Source: Bacteroidales bacterium
GTDB taxonomy: Bacteria; Bacteroidota; Bacteroidia; Bacteroidales; UBA1556
NCBI GenBank assembly: GCA_029932765.1
Contig: JAOZPM010000001.1
Span: forward strand, 34,089-98,088
Direction of reading: 5' to 3'
DNA: 64,000 nt
Shown here: one piece after another, positions 48,509 through 57,630 of the stretch
How positions within the stretch are numbered: the stretch's first letter is position 1
Layout: every line of letters starts with the position of its first letter
Position numbers and translations under genes: made by a program
Notes under the pieces: model-generated
Seen by the model: the letters and a program-made list of their open reading frames with translations, nothing else
What the model was told of the DNA's origin: nothing
Database searches by the model: none

Positions 48509-48881
48509 TAATATAGCAAAATATAATAAGACTATAGTAATTGCTGATGATGATGAGCTAAACATTGAACTTATTAGGATTATCTTGAAAAATATTGATG
48601 CTAATATAGTTACATTTGGAGACGGACAAGAAGTTATTGACTATATAATTACTAATAACAAAGCTAGTATCGTAATTTTGGATATTCAGATGCCTATTCT
48701 TGACGGCTTTGAAACATCATGCAAATTACATGAGATTGGTTATGAAGGTAAGATATTTGCAATTACAGCGCTAAATACAACTACCGAACTTGAGAAGTAC
48801 AAAGAGTGCTATTTTGATGAAGTAATAGAGAAACCTATTAGAAGAGAAAACTTTCTTAAGCTGATAAATGAGGTAATTTAA
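48501..48881 (+). CDS. Stand-alone response-regulator receiver domain (CheY-like)
   Basis: 126 aa, overlapping lgt by 8 nt. It has the acidic pair DDDE, the phospho-acceptor context VILDIQMPILDG, AITA and EKPI (conserved Thr/Lys positions). Confidence 0.75.
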   Translation: MNSNIAKYNKTIVIADDDELNIELIRIILKNIDANIVTFGDGQEVIDYIITNNKASIVILDIQMPILDGFETSCKLHEIGYEGKIFAITALNTTTELEKYKECYFDEVIEKPIRRENFLKLINEVI

Positions 48882-48896
48882 AAAACCATTATAGAG

Positions 48897-50054
48897 CTAT
48901 GGCTTTAGCAATAATGCTGTGAAAATACCTAAATAATTGCCTATAGCATAGCCCACAATTCCAATGGTAAGTCCACTGATAATCAATGATCTATTATTTA
49001 GAGCTCCAGCTATAACTGGTACAAATGGAGGCGAACATATCAGAGCTGTTGAAGTTATGATAGTAGTATCAGCATCTATTTTAAATATTTTGGAAAGTAA
49101 TATATGCAGCAATAACGACAGAGTAATTGTAAAACTCACATAAAGAAAAATTGGAATTGCCTCCATAGAAAATTTCTCCATATCAGCCATAGAAGCTACC
49201 ACAAGGCTAAAAACAAGAATTAAATACATACCCAATTCATATGTTTTGGGAGTACGTCGTAAAGTGGGAATAAAAGAAGATCCTATACCAATAGTGGTAA
49301 TTGATAATATAATTATCATTACCTGATATTCTTTTGCGAATAACATACTTAAGCCAAAAGAAATAGCAAATATCAATATAGAAACTAGCAACATTCCCAT
49401 CGTAGGAATAATATTATACGTTTTAAAGAAGTTAGTATAGTCTTCACTATTGGTAAAATCTACTCCAGGCTTAATAAAACTCGAATTATTTAAATAACCA
49501 TAAGGAAGCCATTTCTTAAATATAACTTTACCAATAGTCATAAGGAATAACAGATATGCCCCAGAGTATATTAGATCAGAGGTATGCACCATTAGGTATT
49601 CATGCGAAGGTACATCAAGTGCTTCTTTAATTGATGCCAGATTTGGCGTTCCACCAGTATAAACTCCCACTAATAAACCGGCCATCTTCCAGGCGTCGTT
49701 AATAATGGGTTTAAATAAATAATAACCCAATAGTACAACAGTAATAATAGAAATGAGTCCCAATCCTAAAGAAATAAAGCTTTTTGGCGCCATACGTGTC
49801 CATGACGAAAAGTTTAAGCTAACCAACAACAAAGGCAAGGAAAGTAATATGGTGATATTTGTAAGGTTCTCCTGAATAGGTATGCTACTAGAATCTAAAA
49901 TGCCAATATTTCCAAGAATTAAACCAATGATATAAACAACAACAACATTTCCAGCTTTTCGTATTAATAAAAAGTGACCAGCATAATGTATAACTAATGC
50001 AGGTACTACTAAATAAAACACGATTAATAATATATCTTTTAAATGTATATCCAT
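48897..50054 (-). CDS. Polytopic integral membrane protein (DUF819-like)
   Basis: 385 aa with about 10-11 TMs. The family assignment is tentative (by eye). Confidence 0.45.
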   Translation of the reverse strand: MDIHLKDILLIVFYLVVPALVIHYAGHFLLIRKAGNVVVVYIIGLILGNIGILDSSSIPIQENLTNITILLSLPLLLVSLNFSSWTRMAPKSFISLGLGLISIITVVLLGYYLFKPIINDAWKMAGLLVGVYTGGTPNLASIKEALDVPSHEYLMVHTSDLIYSGAYLLFLMTIGKVIFKKWLPYGYLNNSSFIKPGVDFTNSEDYTNFFKTYNIIPTMGMLLVSILIFAISFGLSMLFAKEYQVMIIILSITTIGIGSSFIPTLRRTPKTYELGMYLILVFSLVVASMADMEKFSMEAIPIFLYVSFTITLSLLLHILLSKIFKIDADTTIITSTALICSPPFVPVIAGALNNRSLIISGLTIGIVGYAIGNYLGIFTALLLKP

Positions 50055-50214
50055 TGATTATTATAATTCAAAGTTTGAACTTCAAATTTAATAATATTTT
50101 AGACTAATCTGAATTTAAGATTATATTTTTTTCATTTATTAATATTACATTTAATGAGTGATATAAGTATACTAGTATAAAGCATTTATGATGAGCAAAT
50201 ACTATTTTTTATTA

Positions 50215-50778
50215 TTAGTACTCATGCATATTGCTTGGTTTAATAAAATACTTTATAATAAACATGGAGGATAATTCCTCAATAACTTTTCGCAAAACAT
50301 GGCCTACCCTATGTTCATTGATCTTTGTATTCTCTAATTCTATATCCATAATAAACTGATTTTTAGGTTTTATTACTGATTTGTGGCTGGCCCTTACATC
50401 TTTATTCTTATATTTATATATATCTTCATTAATAGTATTAAGCAATCTATTGCGGACATTACTACTAATAACCGAATTAGCAGATTGATGAATATTACTA
50501 CCCTTTATTTTATATTTTCTTTCTTTTAATAAATCATCATTCTCAGCTTTCTTATTCCTTATAAATAATCCATAGATAATAGCTTTTAGAGAGAATATAT
50601 ACTTTACTATTTGGTAAGTTCCAATTTCTATTTCATTAAACACTTTATTAATAGCAACATCCTCTGACGACTCATAATAAAGCTCACAACTTCCTTTATA
50701 TTCCAAACCTTCCACTTTAAAAATACTATTGCCTAACTCATAAAATCGATCCGATAAACTTAAAACTGCTACACCCAT
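50215..50778 (-). CDS. Hypothetical protein, no recognisable domain
   Basis: 187-aa ORF with an ATG start, K/N/I-rich. It is divergent from 51067-52194. A candidate minus-strand -7 box CAAAACTA lies at 50850-50857. Confidence 0.45.
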   Translation of the reverse strand: MGVAVLSLSDRFYELGNSIFKVEGLEYKGSCELYYESSEDVAINKVFNEIEIGTYQIVKYIFSLKAIIYGLFIRNKKAENDDLLKERKYKIKGSNIHQSANSVISSNVRNRLLNTINEDIYKYKNKDVRASHKSVIKPKNQFIMDIELENTKINEHRVGHVLRKVIEELSSMFIIKYFIKPSNMHEY

Positions 50779-50779
50779 A

Positions 50780-50994
50780 ACTTAATTTACTTAATTTTTG
50801 TATTAATACCTAAAGAATTGCCAAGTCCAAAATAATGACTTAACAGATGCAAAACTACAACCTAAAACATAGTAATATCAAGCTTTTTAAGCGGTTTCTT
50901 TCTACTTAATTAATATTTTAAGCAGCTTAATAAGTACTTAATATTACTTAAGCTACTTATCTTATACTTAATTTTTACTTAATAATAATTAAGT
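50780..50994. promoter_or_regulatory. Cluster of (T)ACTTAA motifs, including five copies phased at 9-11 bp plus one inverted copy
   Basis: ACTTAA/T starts at 50780, 50789, 50838, 50904, 50936, 50946, 50955, 50966 and 50977, with inverted TTAAGT at 50989. The cluster lies in the divergent spacer just upstream of the predicted promoter of 51067-52194. Confidence 0.5.
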
Positions 50995-51023
50995 AAAAAC
51001 TTGCATTCAGTTAAGAAATGCTT

Positions 51024-51031
51024 TATATTTG
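51024..51031 (+). promoter_or_regulatory. -7 box TATATTTG upstream of 51067
   Basis: Exact TAnnTTTG, 35 nt upstream of the ATG. A CTTG (-33-like) element at 51000-51003 lies about 20 nt upstream. Confidence 0.4.
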
Positions 51032-51066
51032 CAAACTCGAATCACTGAATTTGAAGATTAAAGGCA

Positions 51067-52194
51067 ATGACTGCAACACTACAAAAAAATCATTTTGAAG
51101 TAATTGATTTACTAGCACAAAGCATTAGCTTGGTGCCTGGATTTCAGCATGCGTATGCTTTTTATTACCACCCTATTGATAAAGAAATACAGGCTGCTTA
51201 TGCTACCAATGATAGTATTAGCACCATAGATACAGGCTTTGATAAGTTATCGATTAACATTGCAAAACTTAGAAAATCAAAGCAAAAGATTGAATGGGTT
51301 GATAAAAATGAGATTCCTTTTGACAAGAGAACTAAGAATCTAGAAATTCAGAAAGAAGTTTTTGATGAATTAAAACATCATATACTACTGTATAGAGTAA
51401 AGAATACTTTTGATAATAGCTACGACTTACTATATGTTTTCTTTAAGGCTGACTCGTCAAATTTTGGAATTAAGAATTCCAATAATAATCTTTCTACTGA
51501 TCAAAAGAGTATTATCTCTACGCTAATCACAAATTCTTTTAATATTTTTCTCAAACAACGAAAAGAAAATAATAAGGCTCAGGAGCTTTTGCGTCAAGAT
51601 TTGGCAAGAGTGAATCAGTACCTTAAAAAATATAAAAGCAGTTCTGAAGTTAAGAAATACAAAAAAATAATTAAAAGCTACATCTACTCTACTTTTGATA
51701 TTGAAATAAACAAACTTAATCTTATTGGGAACTATTCCGAAGAGATTGATGAATTAATGAATTCATATACAGGAAATATAAATACCATTCAGAATAATGT
51801 AAAACAATGTGTTGCAATGGCATATCGTATTCAGAATCCTATAATTGGTAGTATTATAAATATTGATGAAATTATTTACCAATCATTTTTTAGTACTATT
51901 GAAAATGAGTCTGTTACTTCTACAAATTATTCGTCCATTGATAGCCGAAAGCAAAAAGCTGTTCAATTCTTAAATAATCTGGAAAATGCTGCTCGTGTAG
52001 TTTTATCTAAAGGTGATAATATTACTGGTGTAAAAGTAGGTCAAGCAATGGAGGCGCCAATAACTGCTCCTGCAATTAGCGATTATATTAAAAAGTATCA
52101 AAAACCAATAAAGCTCCTCTGTCAAGAAAATCCAGAGCAATGGCTAATTATTCAGAAATCATTTAATCCTTTGAAAAATATACTTTCTGCATAA
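51067..52194 (+). CDS. Hypothetical protein, no recognisable domain
   Basis: 375-aa ORF with an ATG start. Its composition is typical of coding sequence in this genome, and I recognise no motif. It converges on the phosphonate operon with a 7-nt gap. Confidence 0.55.
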   Translation: MTATLQKNHFEVIDLLAQSISLVPGFQHAYAFYYHPIDKEIQAAYATNDSISTIDTGFDKLSINIAKLRKSKQKIEWVDKNEIPFDKRTKNLEIQKEVFDELKHHILLYRVKNTFDNSYDLLYVFFKADSSNFGIKNSNNNLSTDQKSIISTLITNSFNIFLKQRKENNKAQELLRQDLARVNQYLKKYKSSSEVKKYKKIIKSYIYSTFDIEINKLNLIGNYSEEIDELMNSYTGNINTIQNNVKQCVAMAYRIQNPIIGSIINIDEIIYQSFFSTIENESVTSTNYSSIDSRKQKAVQFLNNLENAARVVLSKGDNITGVKVGQAMEAPITAPAISDYIKKYQKPIKLLCQENPEQWLIIQKSFNPLKNILSA

Positions 52195-52201
52195 TTAGGC
52201 T

Positions 52202-55200
52202 TTACTCCTTATCTAATCTAGTCCAGTTATCAGCATCGAATACATTATCCTTAACTTTATACCAATAGCTATAAGAGAATTTTTTGCTTTTATCAATACT
52301 CTCTGCCCACCAAGCAATAAATGCTGGAAGCGTACGAGAAACTATGCTATCATTTGTAGGGTTTATCTCATCAAACATAATAGAATTAACATCAGCGTTC
52401 GACATAAATCTATTATCAATAAGCATATCTCCTTTTTCATTAAAATCTTTCACCAATAATAATGGATTTAGTGAAAGTAGATGTTCTTGGCTCACCTTTT
52501 CCTCATTAGTATTTATAAATGGAAAATTAACTTCTATCTCTCCATCATATCGATGCCAAGGCACTCCATGGTCCGAAACTATAATAATTTTAGTATTATC
52601 GTAAACACCATTTTTTTTCATCCATTTAACCCAATGGGCAAAAGTTTCTATTGTCCATCTATTAGTAGTCAAAGGTGAAACATTAGTATGTAGCTCACCT
52701 GTATTATCAACATAATTCCAAGGAAAATGAGTATTAAATGAATAAAGTAGTATTAAATTTGGTTGATCATTCTGAGTAGTTGAAATATGAGGTAATAAAC
52801 GTAGAAAGTTATAGCTATTAGCCATCCAAGAATTCTCATGCATTTCTTGCTTAACAAAATATGATTTCAACCAACTACCTTCATTATAAACTAAAGATTT
52901 AAGAACCAAAGGAACACAATAAAGCAAAGCAGTTTCAATAATTAGTTCCGAATTATCTGATTTTACACTATTAATTCCTAGTTCATAATTATATGAATCC
53001 CACTCTTTATTCCATCTTGGCAATAGTATATCATAACCTATTTCTTCAATATTAGTATATGGAAATTTATTCATTGTAACAGCAAAACCATTATTATGGG
53101 CTTTATCTATAAGAGATTTCATTGCTGTTGTCATTTTCTGACGAATAGTGTGTACAGTATCTTTATCCAATACATTTGGCACAAAATCAAAGCCTCCAAT
53201 AAGAGCAGGCATTGTGGAGTTTGTTACTCTCGAAACTGACAGAGTATTTCTATACCACTTAAACCCTGTATATTCATTTACAATATTAGGATTATCTTCT
53301 ATAATAGTTTCCATTGCTAGCCCTTGAAACATATCGGGCATAAGAAGAATAATATTCTTTTTTGTTTTAGAAAAATTAATAATTAATTCACCTTCTATAA
53401 CTCTTTCAACTTGATTTTTGCTACTAAAAAATTTATCAGATGAGATACTTTTGACAATACTCTGAGTTGCAACTACTATATTTAGCACTATTAAGCTATA
53501 AACTATATATGTAGATTTTTTTCGTTTTAATAACCAAACAAATATAAAGAACGAACTAAGTATTAACAAACTCTCTACAATAAAGTAGATAATCGGAGCA
53601 TCGAGATTTTTCTCTTCAGAAAAGCGATTAACCTGCAATGTGCCTAAATCAAAAGGGAATAGCGTATTATTAAAGAATGCTATAAATACAATTACTAAGA
53701 GTGTTATTAGCATAATAAGCTTTGTTCTTTTGCGAAGAAAAAAGAATACTACTAGTAACAAAATCAAGACAATTGCTAAATATTGAGCACCTTTTATAAT
53801 AATATCAATAGCAGAAAATTCAAAAGCTTCGGGAAAAGATGAAAAGCTCATAAGTGGTCCCCAAATGAAAATCTGACCAAAAATATATAATGCAGACAAA
53901 AGGAATAATAAATAATAATTGCTAATTTCAAATAATTGTAACTTCTTCTGCTTTTGATAAAAGAAAAACAAAACACTTGTAACAATAATTCCTACACTAC
54001 GAAATGTAAATAAGAAACTATTCTCCATAGAGTAGCCTATCTCATACACTGTCAATAACTTATCAGCCAATTGCAAAATACCTAGAGTATTACTAAATTG
54101 TAGTATAATAAGAGGCAATACTAATAGTAACGAAAATGATTTATACCTTAAAGTTTTTAGATCTCTTAAGTAATATCCAATTGCTATAAGCTCAATGGGA
54201 ATAAGAAATAATAAAGAAACAAAATCAAGGCTTTTATTCATTTCTTGATAAAAGAATATTGAAGACATATGAAAATATGCAGCAAAAAACAATAAGGAAA
54301 GGTATACCCTAGGCTCAATTTCAATATTTATTATACTTATAATAGATTTCTTAATTTGTTCTTGAAAAAGAATATAGATAATGTATAATACTATTGATAT
54401 AAGTAATGCTAATCCTATTCTCAAAGCAAACAAATCATAAGTATGGTTAAGTGCCCAGTTGACTTGTATTATCACAAATGCTATAGCAAGGATATAAAAT
54501 ACTTTTAGAGACGCAATTAACCTTTCCTTAAAAGAAGACATTTCTAGTTCAATTACCTGAGTATTTACTGTTAAGGTTCGCTTTATTTTAAACACTTCTG
54601 GATTAGTAATAAACAACCTAAAAAAGCTAAAAACATTATTTAGTGTCCAATAAAGCAAAAGAGCAGATGGTAAATTATACAACATTATTAAAAATACTGC
54701 AGCAATAACTATCATTTGATTTCGTTCCTTTTTTTCGCCATTAATTGTATAGAAGTAAACTGTAACTAAATTCACTATTGTCATTAATACTGGAAGTATA
54801 TTTATTGCTCCCATAAATGAATCTGCCTTACTTAAGTCATTGATAAAAAGGAAACTCTGACCAATAAGTGGAGAATAATGCTCCAAAAACTGATAGGCAG
54901 CAATAAAAAATGGAATCTGAATAAGTAAACTCAGCACAGGAATTAGTGCACGAGTTGGGCTATAATTGTGTTGTCTATTGAGTGTTTTTAGATAGTAATA
55001 CCTCTCCTGCCCTTTATAGCAAGCTTTTATTTCCTCTACCAAAGGTTTCATCCTCTGTTTTATGGTATCATCTTTCTTTTTTGCCTTTTCAATAAAAATA
55101 AAAATTGGCAATAGAATTAATGAAATAAATAAACTTAATAATACAATGGCAACGCCATAATCTCCACTAAGATTATATGAAAATAAGAAAATATATTTTA

Positions 55201-55243
55201 TTATAAAAACAAAAGGGCTCATTATAATTTCAAATACATCCAT
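52202..55243 (-). CDS. Fusion protein: YidC/Oxa1-like insertase domain + large polytopic block + C-terminal sulfatase/alkaline-phosphatase-superfamily (LtaS/EptA-like) domain
   Basis: 1013 aa. The N-terminal ~215 aa (approx. 54600-55243) resemble YidC/Oxa1 (GDYGVAIVLLSLFISLILLP, KPLVEEIK..YKG, LLLYWTLNNVFS). Many TMs follow (approx. 53370-54600). The C-terminal domain (52202-~53370) has NIILLMPDMFQG and IIIVSDHG motifs. Confidence 0.6.
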   Translation of the reverse strand: MDVFEIIMSPFVFIIKYIFLFSYNLSGDYGVAIVLLSLFISLILLPIFIFIEKAKKKDDTIKQRMKPLVEEIKACYKGQERYYYLKTLNRQHNYSPTRALIPVLSLLIQIPFFIAAYQFLEHYSPLIGQSFLFINDLSKADSFMGAINILPVLMTIVNLVTVYFYTINGEKKERNQMIVIAAVFLIMLYNLPSALLLYWTLNNVFSFFRLFITNPEVFKIKRTLTVNTQVIELEMSSFKERLIASLKVFYILAIAFVIIQVNWALNHTYDLFALRIGLALLISIVLYIIYILFQEQIKKSIISIINIEIEPRVYLSLLFFAAYFHMSSIFFYQEMNKSLDFVSLLFLIPIELIAIGYYLRDLKTLRYKSFSLLLVLPLIILQFSNTLGILQLADKLLTVYEIGYSMENSFLFTFRSVGIIVTSVLFFFYQKQKKLQLFEISNYYLLFLLSALYIFGQIFIWGPLMSFSSFPEAFEFSAIDIIIKGAQYLAIVLILLLVVFFFLRKRTKLIMLITLLVIVFIAFFNNTLFPFDLGTLQVNRFSEEKNLDAPIIYFIVESLLILSSFFIFVWLLKRKKSTYIVYSLIVLNIVVATQSIVKSISSDKFFSSKNQVERVIEGELIINFSKTKKNIILLMPDMFQGLAMETIIEDNPNIVNEYTGFKWYRNTLSVSRVTNSTMPALIGGFDFVPNVLDKDTVHTIRQKMTTAMKSLIDKAHNNGFAVTMNKFPYTNIEEIGYDILLPRWNKEWDSYNYELGINSVKSDNSELIIETALLYCVPLVLKSLVYNEGSWLKSYFVKQEMHENSWMANSYNFLRLLPHISTTQNDQPNLILLYSFNTHFPWNYVDNTGELHTNVSPLTTNRWTIETFAHWVKWMKKNGVYDNTKIIIVSDHGVPWHRYDGEIEVNFPFINTNEEKVSQEHLLSLNPLLLVKDFNEKGDMLIDNRFMSNADVNSIMFDEINPTNDSIVSRTLPAFIAWWAESIDKSKKFSYSYWYKVKDNVFDADNWTRLDKE

Positions 55244-56505
55244 TATTCTTGCCCTCCTTTATTATCATCCAAATGGATATTATCTACAATAGTAATAATC
55301 TGGTCAGCAGCTACTTCTCCTGCTTTTCCAAAGTTAAATACCGATTCGTTTTTCAAGTCAGATAATTGCATCTCTGGAGGATTCAAAATTAGATTATTAA
55401 CAATATCACTAATATTTGACACATCATTCTCATCAAATATCTTTCCTAGTCTTTTTCGCTCTTTAACTTCCCACATCTCATAATTAAGTTCGCTACCTTC
55501 AAAACCCAAGATATCATCAAAATTTGTTTTAAGCAGAAGAACTGGCTTCGAATAAAGAAAAGCAAAATCCCAAATTACTCCCGATAGATCACTTATCATA
55601 AGATCAGCCTTTGCCATACTCTCCGTTCCCAAGCGATTATTATCTATACTAAAGCGAGCTTCATTAACAAATTTTTTCTCTATATCAGATATAACTTTTG
55701 GAAAGCTTACATAGCTTTGTGGGTGTGGGCGTAAAATAATATTATAATTACTATTGTTTAATAATGCATCAAAAAAATCTGTACCAAACCTATTAATTAT
55801 TGAATACTCCTTCCATGTTGGAGCAACCAATACTACAGGATTTTTATTTTCATTTTTTGGTAAATGGGAAATCTCATCGAGCATTATATCATAATATGTA
55901 AGCCCTGTTTCCAAAAGAAGTTTTTCATCAGTTTTTCTTTGTTTTTCTAATTGCCTAATCCCTTTAATTTGATGAGGCCCTGAACAAAATACTGAATCAA
56001 AATAGTCGAAGGCAAATTTTCGGTAAGTAAAAACATCTATTGGAGCATGTACAATATGCCCATAATGACTAACATTTTTTGAACGACGAATCATCATAAC
56101 ATCAAGCTGTGGTGTAGTCATTCCCACAAATTTTGCTTTAAGTTTACTCAAATATACCGATGTCATCGTTATATTACCAATATATTTACTTTGGTATAAA
56201 ACTGAAGAATATCTTAAACCCGGATCATCTTTATCAGATGATAAATAAACACAAGCCCTACCTTTTAGCTCCAACGCTCTAATTATTGGTAAAAATACAT
56301 TCCAGTATTGTTTTCCTTCAGAATAAAAGATAATATCAGAATTACCAAACTCATTGTCGGTACTAAAACCATTGCCAAGGACAAAATTCTTAAGTTTATA
56401 AAAAAAACCACGCAAAGAATATGCTACTGTAGCAACCACTGCTACAATTATATATAATAATGCACTGGTAGATGCTGGGTCTATATATAATAAGTGAGCA
56501 AGCAT
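55243..56505 (-). CDS. CDP-glycerol glycerophosphotransferase (TagB/TagF) family protein with N-terminal TM
   Basis: 420 aa. The C-terminal region DLMISDLSGVIWDFAFLYSKPVLL resembles the TagF-family donor-binding region. The stop and start overlap by 1 nt (TAATG) at both ends. Confidence 0.65.
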   Translation of the reverse strand: MLAHLLYIDPASTSALLYIIVAVVATVAYSLRGFFYKLKNFVLGNGFSTDNEFGNSDIIFYSEGKQYWNVFLPIIRALELKGRACVYLSSDKDDPGLRYSSVLYQSKYIGNITMTSVYLSKLKAKFVGMTTPQLDVMMIRRSKNVSHYGHIVHAPIDVFTYRKFAFDYFDSVFCSGPHQIKGIRQLEKQRKTDEKLLLETGLTYYDIMLDEISHLPKNENKNPVVLVAPTWKEYSIINRFGTDFFDALLNNSNYNIILRPHPQSYVSFPKVISDIEKKFVNEARFSIDNNRLGTESMAKADLMISDLSGVIWDFAFLYSKPVLLLKTNFDDILGFEGSELNYEMWEVKERKRLGKIFDENDVSNISDIVNNLILNPPEMQLSDLKNESVFNFGKAGEVAADQIITIVDNIHLDDNKGGQE

Positions 56506-57626
56506 TAATTATTAGTGTTTAAAAAATCCTTTATAGTATCATTACTAACCCTACGAGGATTATTATTAAGTCTTTCAAAATTAATACTTCTGAGCATTAA
56601 TTTCGTATCTATATTTCCAATTAATTTATTAATATTTAGTTCTAGTCCTATTTTTTTAAGAAAATCATTAAGAATATCAAATGCCGTATTTTCATCTGCA
56701 TTCATTATTTCCAATAACTTTCTAATTCTAACTTTAACATCTATAGAACCTTTATTTAGTGTACAATCTACATCCGTAACTTCTGAGTTAAATTTCAGAA
56801 AGAAAGCTAAACTTAAACCTACAGCATGGCCATGTGCAATACCGTAATAACTTGTAAAGAAATAAGACAGAGCGTGTGGCGCAGTGGTTTTAGTTATATT
56901 AATGGCCTTACCTGCAATAAACGAAGCTTCAAGCATTTTAGCTTTAGCATTTTCATTATTATCAATTACAGCTGCTTCAATATTATTCCATATCATCTCG
57001 AATGCCTCTAAAGAAAGCTCTTCTGATTTAGCATTTGCATTAATACTCCATTGCGACTCCATAGCTTGTGCCATGGCATCTACTCCCGTTACAGCAATTA
57101 AATATGGACTTGCCGAAATTAAAAATCTAGGTGATAAGAATACATATTTAGGAAGAATACTATCATTGGAAACAGAGTATTTCTGTTTATTGATATATAC
57201 AACTGCAAAATGCGTAGCTTCGGCTCCTGTACCTGCAGTAGTTGGAATTGCCATTAAGTCAATATTGTTATTATCAAAATCAATATCTCCCTTAATAAGG
57301 TTCTCAACTTCTGTGGGCTGAGTAGCCATTCCCGAAATTAATTTAGCCATATCAATAACGCTTCCACCACCAATTGCTATAATCAATTCGTAATCGCCTT
57401 TATTAAATAATTCTATTCCTTTCTGTAAATCAATACTATTGGGATTTACATCAAAATTAGAGAAACTTGAAAGCTGATTATTAAATTTATTCGCAATAAA
57501 CAATTCAGCACCAGAGTTTTTATATGAATTTTTACCATGGACTAAAAATATTTTATTGGAATCATATTTTGCTAAAATATCATCTAATATATTAATATCG
57601 TTTTCTCTGATTATCTCTTGCTGCAT
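56505..57626 (-). CDS. Iron-containing alcohol dehydrogenase, predicted phosphonoacetaldehyde reductase
   Basis: 373 aa. Fe-ADH motifs GGGSVIDMAK and His-rich HALSY...GIAHGHAVG. The function is inferred from its position after the pepM and ppd genes. Confidence 0.65.
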   Translation of the reverse strand: MQQEIIRENDINILDDILAKYDSNKIFLVHGKNSYKNSGAELFIANKFNNQLSSFSNFDVNPNSIDLQKGIELFNKGDYELIIAIGGGSVIDMAKLISGMATQPTEVENLIKGDIDFDNNNIDLMAIPTTAGTGAEATHFAVVYINKQKYSVSNDSILPKYVFLSPRFLISASPYLIAVTGVDAMAQAMESQWSINANAKSEELSLEAFEMIWNNIEAAVIDNNENAKAKMLEASFIAGKAINITKTTAPHALSYFFTSYYGIAHGHAVGLSLAFFLKFNSEVTDVDCTLNKGSIDVKVRIRKLLEIMNADENTAFDILNDFLKKIGLELNINKLIGNIDTKLMLRSINFERLNNNPRRVSNDTIKDFLNTNN

Positions 57627-57630
57627 ATTC

